This document shows positions 37,101 through 44,775 of a stretch of DNA of 64,000 nucleotides, piece after piece. Made by a program: the position numbers and the translations under genes. The notes under the pieces were generated by a model that was not told the origin of the DNA, searched no databases, and saw only the letters and a program-made list of their open reading frames with translations. Source of the DNA: Candidatus Multivoradales bacterium (GTDB lineage: Bacteria; Acidobacteriota; Thermoanaerobaculia; Multivoradales; JAHEKO01). Where the stretch lies: positions 384,001 to 448,000 of the forward strand of contig CBDCXM010000009.1 in NCBI GenBank assembly GCA_965223855.1. The letters run 5' to 3'. Each line of letters begins with the position of its first letter. Position 1 is the stretch's first letter.

Positions 37101-37507
37101 TGGCGGCTTTCCAGGCTGTGGAGTCGACGTATCTGTCGACCTTCCAGACCCTCGGCGGGCTAGGGCTCATTCTCGGCACTCTGGGGCTCGGCATCGTCCT
37201 GTTGCGCAACGTCCTCGAACGGCGCGCCGAGCTGGCGACGCTGCGCGCCATCGGCTACCCGCGCGCCCGGCTGCAGCGGCGGGTGCTGGCGGAGAACGCC
37301 TACCTGCTACTGATCGGGCTCGGTATCGGCACCGCAGCCGGAGCGATCGCCGCCGCCCCCCATCTGGCGCTCGCCGGCGCCGCGCCGCCGTGGCTGCCGC
37401 TCGCCGCCACCCTCGGTGCGATCTTCATCGTCGGCATGCTCTCGAGCCTGATGGCGGTGCGGGCCGTGGCGAAGATGCCGCTCGTGGGATCGCTGCGCGC
37501 CTCCTAA
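34181..37507 (+). CDS. Large ABC transporter permease (duplicated FtsX/MacB type)
   Basis: TGALLVGDSLRGSL; two FtsX-type blocks (EQRAREIGLLRAVG, ERRAELATLRAIG); large periplasmic loops. Confidence 0.88.
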   Translation: MRRSLTHYRRTHLAVLAAAAVTTAVLTGALLVGDSLRGSLRELALGRLGKVDWAVLAERPFRQRLAGELAVLDGVTAVPALTVRGSATAAESGARASTVALWGVPESFGELQPELAALDLAARSGPFPSAAVSHALATELGVEPGSQLVLSFQRPSDVPRETIVGRDDTDDTIETLRVTVTDVLPDRGAGGFGLEPSQGRPLTVYVALDRLQRALLGRGSDRVNAVLGAGGTTQAVEAALPGLLDLDDLGLKLRQAPEAVTVESRQFVLDPQREAAIEEAARSLGSPTMPVLTYMANALSAGERSVPYSTISALDAPGDPALGRLTLVDGRSAPRLTDSQILLDAWSAAELEAEPGDTVTVEYYQLGAFDELTTVEHAFELAGIVAMEGLATDRDLTPEFPGIEDADDISAWDPPFPVDLDTIRPQDEAYWDDYRAAPKAFVGLELGKRLWQSRFGTLTGLRVGLGASQPDWEDAGVGAFTAALVERLSPAAAGFGVHPLRDAATRAASGATDFAGLFLGLSMFLIASAALVVGLVFRLGVEQRAREIGLLRAVGFPAGRVRRRFLGEGLAIAALGALLGSLGGIAYAWALLAGLRTWWLPAIGEPVLFLHLRAVTLVIGALAAMAVIAVAILAALRRLGRQSTVGLLAGSVAGARPSGSRKPLLVAAAALGLAVAATAFAATLDAREAAGLAFVVGALLLVAGIAAFAWRSGRAATSPNRLGTGSTFAVAARDSARSRGRSLLSVALMSSAAFVIVVVAANRVHAPVDVRERTSGAGGFTLVAEADVPILGTLEGEGEAVATLLDGVETVPFRLLPGEDVSCLNLYKPERPRLLGVPPAMQERGGFTFQQTSVETEDPWSLLDLELEDGVIPAFGDANSVLWILHSGLGQDLELENERGEPIRLRFVGLLSKSVFQSEVLIGEEAFRRHFPSRSGYAWFLLDAPPDRAPQLATDLEQQLSRHGFDAVSTAERLAAFQAVESTYLSTFQTLGGLGLILGTLGLGIVLLRNVLERRAELATLRAIGYPRARLQRRVLAENAYLLLIGLGIGTAAGAIAAAPHLALAGAAPPWLPLAATLGAIFIVGMLSSLMAVRAVAKMPLVGSLRAS

Positions 37508-37513
37508 CGACCT

Positions 37514-38839
37514 TCACGGGTGAGCGCCTCCCGGGCCGTCGCCGGCCTCGTCGACTCGAACGGCGTCTTCGACGCCCGCACGATGGTCGGGAATCAGGTC
37601 GGTCAGAACGAGGACGACGGCGACCTCGGCCCCGTCACGGGCGTAGACGAGACTCACCTCACCGTCTCCGAGGAGCCGGGCACGCGCGCCTTCGAAGTCC
37701 GCTCCGGTCACGGGCCGGTCGTCGATCCTGATGAGCACGTCCCCAGGCTCGAGACCCGCCTGATCGGCCGGTGAGCCGGCGATGATGCCCTCGATCTTCA
37801 AGGTGTCGGCGGGAGTCAGCCTCAGGCCGGAGCGATCGAAGCGAAACTCGTCCTCGAACCGGCCGTTGGGAACGAGGAGCATCCTGTCGTTGAAGTAGTC
37901 CATGGTCGTCGTGAACCGACTGAGCACCCCGGTGCCCAGATTCCCGCCGACACCGGAGAGGCCGCGAGGATTCTGATGATCCGGGGAGGGGAAGGAGGTA
38001 ACGACTCCTTCCATCGCTGCGCCCGCAATGTCGAGCTTCGCGATCCGCCCCACATGGCCATGAAGGAGCCCGGAGATGCCGCGTCCGACGATGGCAGCGG
38101 GACTTCCCGCCGGCACCTGCAGGCCTTCGACCTCCTCGGTGTAGAGGGACAGGGCGTGCGAGGCGCCGAGGTCCACGTGCACTCGAGTGGCGATCGGGCC
38201 GCCCCCGTACGGAGTCACAGTGACGGTCGTGTAGGGCACGCCGCCCTGGAACTCGAGAGAGAGCTCGAGGGCTTCCGCCGGCTTCTCGTGGAGCTCGGGC
38301 TCATGAAGTCTCATGACGCGACTCTCGAAGTCCAGCTCGACGACGAATCTCGACAGCAGCGAGGCGCCGACGATGCCTTCGTGGTAGCTCCCGATCCCCA
38401 GATCGGGCAGGACGAGGATCGGCAAGCCGGCGAACCGGGCGCCGCCGACATCGAAGGACTCCCTCGGCGCGACCTTGACGGCGAACTGATCGCCCGAGCC
38501 GCCTGCTCCCCTGGCGCTGGTCTGCATCGACGGATCGAGGGTCAGGCCCAGCGCAGCCACGCGGGGCCCGTCGTAGAGCGCGAGCCCCGGTGTCGGGAAG
38601 CCGGAGTCGAGCACCACCTCGAACGCGGAGCTGCCGTTGACCGAGACCGGGATGACGATGTGATGGTTCCTCAGTTCGAACGGCACGGCGAGAATCTCGG
38701 CGCCCGGGGAGTCGGTGGCGGCGGTCGCACCCCCGGCCGGAGGTCGGCATCCCGAAGGGACGACGGCGACCAGGGCGAGGAAGCCGACGAAGGTGGTCCT
38801 CCCGACGAAGCTCTCGGGCCGGGTCGAGGATCGAGTCAT
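37514..38839 (-). CDS. Aspartyl protease (two retropepsin-like lobes) with C-terminal PDZ; probable lipoprotein
   Basis: ATG at 38839; VVPSGC leader; VVLDSG and HVDLGAS catalytic-type motifs; GSPADQAGLEPGDVLIRID PDZ. Confidence 0.82.
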   Translation of the reverse strand: MTRSSTRPESFVGRTTFVGFLALVAVVPSGCRPPAGGATAATDSPGAEILAVPFELRNHHIVIPVSVNGSSAFEVVLDSGFPTPGLALYDGPRVAALGLTLDPSMQTSARGAGGSGDQFAVKVAPRESFDVGGARFAGLPILVLPDLGIGSYHEGIVGASLLSRFVVELDFESRVMRLHEPELHEKPAEALELSLEFQGGVPYTTVTVTPYGGGPIATRVHVDLGASHALSLYTEEVEGLQVPAGSPAAIVGRGISGLLHGHVGRIAKLDIAGAAMEGVVTSFPSPDHQNPRGLSGVGGNLGTGVLSRFTTTMDYFNDRMLLVPNGRFEDEFRFDRSGLRLTPADTLKIEGIIAGSPADQAGLEPGDVLIRIDDRPVTGADFEGARARLLGDGEVSLVYARDGAEVAVVLVLTDLIPDHRAGVEDAVRVDEAGDGPGGAHP

Positions 38840-39201
38840 CGCGCAACCCCGTCCTGGAGCGCACGGCGCCTCAGGACGGCGAGGCCGGCCGACAGCAGCA
38901 ACGCGAGGAGCGCCGCCCCGGGAGGCATCTCGCCGGCGATCAGGTGAGACCCGACCGCTCCGAGCATGATCACCCCGATCGACGTCGCCCCGTAGAGGCT
39001 GGTGCGCGGCCACAAGGCGAGAAGGCCGCCGACGACCTCGGCGACGCCGACAAGGGGGACCATTACGAGCGGCAGGCCCAGATGGCCGAACATGGCCTGG
39101 AACATCGGAGCGGCGAAGAACTTCTGGCTACCGGCGAGCAGGAACCAGAGCCCGAGGACGGTCCCCAGGACGATCGTCGTGATGCGTAGCGGTCGATTCA
39201 T
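38836..39201 (-). CDS. DoxX family membrane protein
   Basis: FLLAGSQKF, VGVAEVVGGLLALWPRT, MLGAVGSH. Confidence 0.85.
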   Translation of the reverse strand: MNRPLRITTIVLGTVLGLWFLLAGSQKFFAAPMFQAMFGHLGLPLVMVPLVGVAEVVGGLLALWPRTSLYGATSIGVIMLGAVGSHLIAGEMPPGAALLALLLSAGLAVLRRRALQDGVAR

Positions 39202-39312
39202 GTGTTTCCCCCAGGTGGGTCGCGGTTGGTACACTGGAATAACGGCAAGTGACCTAACGTCACATTACATTACTACGGCCCACCGCTTGCTCGGTTTCAT
39301 GGGGAATCCACA

Positions 39313-39630
39313 GTGAGCTCCGAAACGCGCCTTTCTCAGCTGCAGTTCCTGGTTCTCGGGAGCCTTCTCCAGGGTGAGCGACCCGGTCGTGAGGTTCGTG
39401 AGGAGCTTGCCCGCTTCGGCGTCAAGCGGTCGGGGCCTTCCTTCTACCAACTCATGTCCCGGTTGGAGGAGGGGCGGCTGGTCGAGGGTCGCTACCGGCA
39501 GCGCATCGTCGACAGCCAGATCATCCGCGAGCGCAACTACCGGCTCACCGCCAAAGGGCGCAGCGCCTGGGACGGGTACCGTCGCTTCAACGAGAGCATC
39601 ATCGCCGAGTTCGGCCCGTCCAATGCCTGA
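39313..39630 (+). CDS. PadR family transcriptional regulator
   Basis: SGPSFYQLMSRLEEGRLV...RNYRLTAKG winged-helix pattern. Confidence 0.85.
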   Translation: MSSETRLSQLQFLVLGSLLQGERPGREVREELARFGVKRSGPSFYQLMSRLEEGRLVEGRYRQRIVDSQIIRERNYRLTAKGRSAWDGYRRFNESIIAEFGPSNA

Positions 39631-39943
39631 CCCGCCGCGTTGGAATCGCTGGCTGACCGTCCTGGGGAGCCTGCTCCCCGTTCGCATCCGCGAGCGGGTC
39701 TTCGAGCCCGCCTGCTATGACCTCGCCGGAAGGTTGCTGCGAAGCAGCGACTCCACGAGATTTCTCGGCCCGAGGATCCTCGTCATCCTGCTGTACGTCG
39801 CCACGGCCAACTTCCCCCGCGTCCTGTTCGAGGATCGGCGCCCGAGTCGGCTGGGCGTGCTCGTCGGCTCCCTGGTTCTTCTGAGCTTCGCTTTGCTCGT
39901 CGGACTCAGAATCGCCCTTGCCGGCAGGTACCCGGCCTACTGA
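39623..39943 (+). CDS. Small membrane protein coupled to PadR
   Basis: ATG at 39623 overlaps the padR end; RERVFEPACYDL followed by two hydrophobic segments. Confidence 0.65.
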   Translation: MPDPPRWNRWLTVLGSLLPVRIRERVFEPACYDLAGRLLRSSDSTRFLGPRILVILLYVATANFPRVLFEDRRPSRLGVLVGSLVLLSFALLVGLRIALAGRYPAY

Positions 39944-41246
39944 CCCCGGCTGACTCGCGCTCCCCTGCGCCCGAACCGCGCGCGGACGCCGCCCCCTCGA
40001 GTACCAGCGACGGCCAGGCCGGATCGCCGTCGTTCGGCGCCGGCTCGACCCCCAGCACCGCTGCCATCAGGTTGTAGATCTCGACGCTCTCGAAGCGCTC
40101 GATCGTCTCGCCGCTGCGAAACGACGGTCCAGCGGCGACGAACAGGCCGTGCATCCGCGGGTCGGCCGGATCCTGGCCGTGGTCGCCGGCGATGACGCCG
40201 TGGCTCTCGAGCCGCGAGCGCAGCATCGCCTCCCAGCCGACGCTCGGCACGCCGATGATCGGCGCCACCCGCGGGCTGTCACGCAGGTGGTAGCGCTCGG
40301 GGATCTCGTCGCGCTCGTAAATCGTGAGCTCCGGATGCGCTCCGCGCAGCGTCGCCAGCAGCAGCTCGTGACGGCCCTCGTCGGGGAAGATCTGGACGTA
40401 GGCTCCGGACTCGAACAGCTCCCCCTCCCGGAAGTCGACGTAGTCGTCGAGCAGCACCAAGTGGTCGGGGTCGATGTCCGCCATGCCGTGATCCGAGGTC
40501 AGGATCAGATCGACCGCGCCTTCCAGACCGCGCTCCTCGATGCCCGCCAGCAGATCGGCGAGCCGGGCATCGACCCCGGCCACCGCGGAGCGGGTCTCGG
40601 GTGCCTCGGCGCCGTAGTGATGACTGACGTCGTTGGGATGCTCGAAGTAAAGGGTGATCACCCGCGGCCGCGGCTCGGCGTCGAGCCACTCGAGCACCTG
40701 CTCGACGCGGCGCTCGAACGAGAAGTCCTTGTCGAAGCGATGCCAGTGGCTCGGCCGGTGGCCGGCGATCTCGGTCTCGGTGCCGGGCCAGAACATCGCC
40801 GCCGCGGGGAGGCCGTTCTTCTCCGCCGTCACCCAGATCGGCTCGCCCCCCCACCAACGCGGGTCTTCGACCGCCGAGCGGTCGGAGAGGTGGAACTCGC
40901 CGCCGATCGTCGCGTCGCGCATGTTGTTGGAGACGATGCCGTTATGCCCCGGATAGAGCCCGGTGACGAGCGCGTAATGACACGGGAAGGTCTTCGACGG
41001 GAACACCGGGATCAGCCCCTCGGCGCGCACGCCTCGCTCGGCGAGCGTTCGCACGGTCGCCGCCTCCGGCCAGTCGACGTAGTCCCAGCGGAAGCCGTCG
41101 AAGGAGATCAGGATCAGAGTGGTGTCGGTTGCCTCGGGACGCCCCGTCCCACCGACCTCGGGAGGCGGCGCCGTCGCACAGCCGACGAGCAGCAGCACGA
41201 GGACCCACAGTGCCGATCCTCGAACTCTCGGGGGGCGCGAGACCAT
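39906..41246 (-). CDS. Nucleotide pyrophosphatase/phosphodiesterase (alkaline phosphatase superfamily) lipoprotein
   Basis: LLVGC lipobox; ISFDGFR, PSKTFPCH, HGIVSN-like HNGIVSN, SDHGM, GDHG. Confidence 0.9.
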   Translation of the reverse strand: MVSRPPRVRGSALWVLVLLLVGCATAPPPEVGGTGRPEATDTTLILISFDGFRWDYVDWPEAATVRTLAERGVRAEGLIPVFPSKTFPCHYALVTGLYPGHNGIVSNNMRDATIGGEFHLSDRSAVEDPRWWGGEPIWVTAEKNGLPAAAMFWPGTETEIAGHRPSHWHRFDKDFSFERRVEQVLEWLDAEPRPRVITLYFEHPNDVSHHYGAEAPETRSAVAGVDARLADLLAGIEERGLEGAVDLILTSDHGMADIDPDHLVLLDDYVDFREGELFESGAYVQIFPDEGRHELLLATLRGAHPELTIYERDEIPERYHLRDSPRVAPIIGVPSVGWEAMLRSRLESHGVIAGDHGQDPADPRMHGLFVAAGPSFRSGETIERFESVEIYNLMAAVLGVEPAPNDGDPAWPSLVLEGAASARGSGAGERESAGVSRPGTCRQGRF

Positions 41247-41400
41247 GCCCGGATGTTAGCCCGACGACGTGACGCTGCGTAGACGCGTCCTCCGGCGGCA
41301 CCGTACCTCTACTCCGAAGCATCCTCGACGGACACGAGCTCCCGCCTGGCGCTCCGCCGTGTCCTCAGTCAGCCCACGAACTCAACCGAAGGAGACTCCG

Positions 41401-41937
41401 ATGGTCGCGAAAACCGCGCTTTCCACCCTGACCCTGGTCGTACTGACCGCCCTTCCGCTGGCGGCGGACGAGACCCCGTCGCGACCCGCCGACGACGGCG
41501 CCAACGTCCGCTTCACGCTCTTCGTCGAGGATTCCGGCGAATCCGCCGCCCTCCCCGGCAGTGAAGTGAGCGCCGTGGCCCTCGAGGGGCGCTGGGCGCG
41601 GATCCAGTCCGGCTGGCGCGTTCCGTTCCCCGTGACCGTGCTCGCCACCAACGCCTCAGGCGACGGACCCCTGACGACCTACAAGTACAACGACGTCGGG
41701 CTGGCGGCCTCGATCACCGGCCGCGGCGTCGCCGGCGGCAGAGTGCACGTCCGGGGAGAGATCGAGCTCAGCGCCGTCGGAGAACCTTCGGAAGACGGCC
41801 GGGGCCTCCCGGTCGGAAACTTCACTCACGACTTCGAGGTGATGGTGTCCGCCGGTCAGCGCCTGACCCTGGTCGAGGTTCCGCAACCCGCCGGCGGACG
41901 GCTCGCCGTGGCACTCGAAGCGACCCTCGAGCGCTAG
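41401..41937 (+). CDS. Secreted hypothetical protein with a secretin-like beta segment
   Basis: AAGGAG RBS, signal peptide ending PLAA; IQSGWRVPF...YKYNDVGL. Confidence 0.65.
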   Translation: MVAKTALSTLTLVVLTALPLAADETPSRPADDGANVRFTLFVEDSGESAALPGSEVSAVALEGRWARIQSGWRVPFPVTVLATNASGDGPLTTYKYNDVGLAASITGRGVAGGRVHVRGEIELSAVGEPSEDGRGLPVGNFTHDFEVMVSAGQRLTLVEVPQPAGGRLAVALEATLER

Positions 41938-41975
41938 CCCGACCTTCTCACCGCCGGGAGGACCTGTCGCCTCTG

Positions 41976-42035
41976 CCTCTTGACTTCGTGTCGTCTTCAC
42001 ACTTAAGCTTAGTGTGATCGAGACACGAAGAGAGG
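41976..42035 (+). promoter_or_regulatory. Palindromic promoter/leader region
   Basis: TTGACT (41980) - N18 - TAAGCT (42004). Nested IRs CTTCGTGTC/GACACGAAG and CACACT/AGTGTG centred on the -10. Confidence 0.45.
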
Positions 42036-42111
42036 AGGCCGCCGATGCCATCGCCGGACACCGAGTTCTGACCGCTTGTCATCCCATCGACTTCAGGACA
42101 GGAGACGACTC

Positions 42112-42348
42112 ATGAACACCCACCACGGTGAAGCCACTTCCAACGCTCGCGAGCGCAGCCGGCGCGCGACCGATACCGCAGCCCTTCGGCGGGCGGAGCG
42201 GACCGACGATCGACTCAAGGCCGAGAGGCTGCAGCTCGCCCGCCGCATCGAGCGTCGGCGCGAGCGGGTCTGCGGTCCAGTCAGTGGAGCGGGAAGCTCG
42301 GCGACGAGCGGCCCGATCGAGGGCCGCCATCCCACGGACTCCGACTAG
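42112..42348 (+). CDS. Small basic hypothetical protein
   Basis: AGGAGA RBS before ATG 42112; Arg-rich helical sequence; no recognised family. Confidence 0.45.
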   Translation: MNTHHGEATSNARERSRRATDTAALRRAERTDDRLKAERLQLARRIERRRERVCGPVSGAGSSATSGPIEGRHPTDSD

Positions 42349-42407
42349 AGCTTCGGGTCGGGGTCGCTGCGGCCAACCGCCACCCGCGGCCCCGACCAAC
42401 TCCCCCC

Positions 42408-44195
42408 TCACCCACCGGCACTTCCCCCGGTCGGCTCGCGCAACTGCTCGACGATCTCCTGCAGGTGCGACGGCGGGGCCGGGGTCAGACGGCTGACGAG
42501 GACGGTCACCGCCAGATTCACCAGCATGCCGACGATTCCGATCCCTTCGGGACTGATGCCGAAGAGCCAGTTCCCGGCGACGTTGAGCTCCGGCGCGACG
42601 AACTTGAAGTAGAGGATGTAGCCGGCGGTGAAGCCGATGCCGGAGAGCATGCCGGCGATCGCCCCCTGGCGGGTCGTCCGCCGGTCGAAGATGCCGAGCA
42701 GGATCACCGGGAAGAAGCTCGAGGCGGCGAGGCCGAAGGCGAAGGCGACCACCTGGGCGACGAACCCGGGGGGCCGGATGCCGAAGTAGCCCGCCACCAC
42801 CACCGCGGCGCAGGCGGCCACCCGCGCCCAGCGCAGCTCCTCGCGCTCGCTCATCTGCGGGCGCAGGATGCGTTTCACCAGGTCGTGCGACACCGCCGAC
42901 GAGATCACCAGCAGCAACCCCGCTGCGGTCGAGAGCGCCGCGGCGAGCCCTCCCGCCGCCACCAGGCCGACCACCCAGGCGGGCAGGTTGGCGATCTCCG
43001 GATTGGCGAGCACCATGATGTCGCGGTCGACGTAGAGCTCGTTGGCGTTCGAGCTCGGCGCGTTGTCCAACCGGCGGGGCCCCGGCCCGGTGTCCTCCGC
43101 GTCGACGAAGGTCGGCTTGCCGTCGAACGGCGCCCCCGGCCGATACTGAATCCGCCCGTCGCCGTTCTTGTCCATCCACGCCAGGAGCCCAGTCTGCTCC
43201 CAGTTGCGGAACCACGGCGGCGCCTCTTCGTAGGCGGTCCCTTCGAGAGTCTGGATGAGATTGGCGCGGGCGAACGTCGCCACCGCCGGCGCGGTCGTGT
43301 AGAGCACGGCGATGAAGGCGAGCGCCCAGAATGCGCTCCAGCGCGCCGCCCGCACCGTCGGCACGGTGTAGAAGCGGACGATCACGTGCGGCAGTCCCGC
43401 CGTACCGGTCATCAGAGCGAGGGTGATCGCCAGCACGTCGATCATCGACTTCTTGCCGGCGACGAAGGCCGCCGTGTACTCGGGAAAGCCGAGGTCGCGA
43501 TGGATCGCGTCGATCGCCTCGAGCAGGTAGCGCCCCGCGTTCGGTCCCTCGACGACCGCCGAGCCGAGGCCGAGCTGAGGGATCGGATTGCCGGTGATTC
43601 GAATCGAAATCGCCACCGCCGGGATGAGATAGGCGACGATCAGCACCCCGTTCTGCGCCACCTGGGTGTAGGTGATGCCGCGCATCCCGCCGAGGGTGGC
43701 GTAGACCAGCACCAACAACGTGCCGATCACCACGCCGGTCGTGATGTCGACGCCGAGGAAGCGGGAGAACACGACGCCGACCCCGCGCATCTGGCCGGCG
43801 ATGTAGGTAAAGGAGACGAAGATGGCGCAGAACACCGCCACCAGCCGCGCACCGCTCGAGTCGTAGCGGTCGCCGACGAAGTCCGGCACCGTGAACTTGC
43901 CGAACCGTCTGAGGTACGGCGCCAGCAGCAGCGCCAGCAGTACGTAGCCTCCGGTCCAGCCGAGCAGGTAGACCGAGCCGGTGTAGCCCATGAAGGAGAT
44001 CAGCCCCGCCATCGAGATGAACGACGCCGCGCTCATCCAGTCGGCACCGGTCGCCATACCGTTGAGGACCGGCGGCACATGGTGCCCGGCGACGTAGAAG
44101 CCCGAAGTGGTGCTGACCCGGCTCCAGATGCCGATGCCGATGTAGGTGCCGAAGGTGAGGAGCACCCAGAAGTAGGTCCAGCCGAGGAGACTCAC
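42408..44195 (-). CDS. actP: Cation/acetate symporter (ActP-like, SSS family)
   Basis: NGMATGADWMSAASFIS, GTAGLPHVIVRFYTVP, DIMVLANPEIA, FAFGLAASSFFP. Confidence 0.9.
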   Translation of the reverse strand: MSLLGWTYFWVLLTFGTYIGIGIWSRVSTTSGFYVAGHHVPPVLNGMATGADWMSAASFISMAGLISFMGYTGSVYLLGWTGGYVLLALLLAPYLRRFGKFTVPDFVGDRYDSSGARLVAVFCAIFVSFTYIAGQMRGVGVVFSRFLGVDITTGVVIGTLLVLVYATLGGMRGITYTQVAQNGVLIVAYLIPAVAISIRITGNPIPQLGLGSAVVEGPNAGRYLLEAIDAIHRDLGFPEYTAAFVAGKKSMIDVLAITLALMTGTAGLPHVIVRFYTVPTVRAARWSAFWALAFIAVLYTTAPAVATFARANLIQTLEGTAYEEAPPWFRNWEQTGLLAWMDKNGDGRIQYRPGAPFDGKPTFVDAEDTGPGPRRLDNAPSSNANELYVDRDIMVLANPEIANLPAWVVGLVAAGGLAAALSTAAGLLLVISSAVSHDLVKRILRPQMSEREELRWARVAACAAVVVAGYFGIRPPGFVAQVVAFAFGLAASSFFPVILLGIFDRRTTRQGAIAGMLSGIGFTAGYILYFKFVAPELNVAGNWLFGISPEGIGIVGMLVNLAVTVLVSRLTPAPPSHLQEIVEQLREPTGGSAGG

Positions 44196-44539
44196 GCCGG
44201 CCCCTCGTCCGTAGCGGCCCCGGAATCGCCGGCGCTCGCCACCTCTTCTTCCTCAGTCGGAGCGAACCGGCGCTCGAGACGCTCCATCCAGCGCGCGTAG
44301 ACGAAGATCAGAAGGACGAAGACGTAGATCGCACCCTGCTGCGCGAACCAGAAGCCGAGCGGATAGCCGCCGAGGCGGAACCGGTTGAGCGGCTCGACGA
44401 AGACGATCGACGCCAGCACACCGACCAGCAGCCAGACCGTCAGCAGGATCGCAATCGCCCGCAGGTTGGCGCGCCAGAAGGCGCGCGCACCGACCGCTCG
44501 GTCGTGCGCCGCCTCGTTCGTAGCTCGATGCTCGGTCAC
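44192..44539 (-). CDS. DUF4212 symporter small subunit
   Basis: FWRANLR...GYPLGFWFAQQGAIYVF; coupled to the actP-like gene. Confidence 0.88.
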   Translation of the reverse strand: MTEHRATNEAAHDRAVGARAFWRANLRAIAILLTVWLLVGVLASIVFVEPLNRFRLGGYPLGFWFAQQGAIYVFVLLIFVYARWMERLERRFAPTEEEEVASAGDSGAATDEGPA

Positions 44540-44599
44540 GGTAGCCGGGCGATGCTACCGGAGCCCCGGTTCCGCCAGAGCCCTGGAAGAGCTGTACTT

Positions 44600-44710
44600 C
44601 TAGAAGAAGAGTGACAGCACGCCGAGAATCGCCAGACCGATCAGCAGCATGAAGCAGCCACAGCCGCAACCGCACAAACCACCGCATCCACCGTCGTCGC
44701 CCCAGATCAT
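44600..44710 (-). CDS. 36-aa Cys/Gly-rich single-helix membrane peptide (not in the ORF track)
   Basis: Manual translation MIWGDDGGCGGLCGCGCGCFMLLIGLAILGVLSLFF*; AGGTAGAGG upstream; fits the intergenic gap. Confidence 0.6.
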   Translation of the reverse strand: MIWGDDGGCGGLCGCGCGCFMLLIGLAILGVLSLFF

Positions 44711-44775
44711 GCCTCTACCTACGCAGGAACCGGCGGAAGGATTCCACCTACGCGCATGCTAGCGTCCCTCGCCCG

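Noticed and set aside
8090-37507. RiPP precursor peptide for the radical SAM and flavoenzyme
   Set aside because: Intergenic gaps in the cluster are short and I found no convincing small ORF. The 62-aa ORF at 30116 is a symporter partner.
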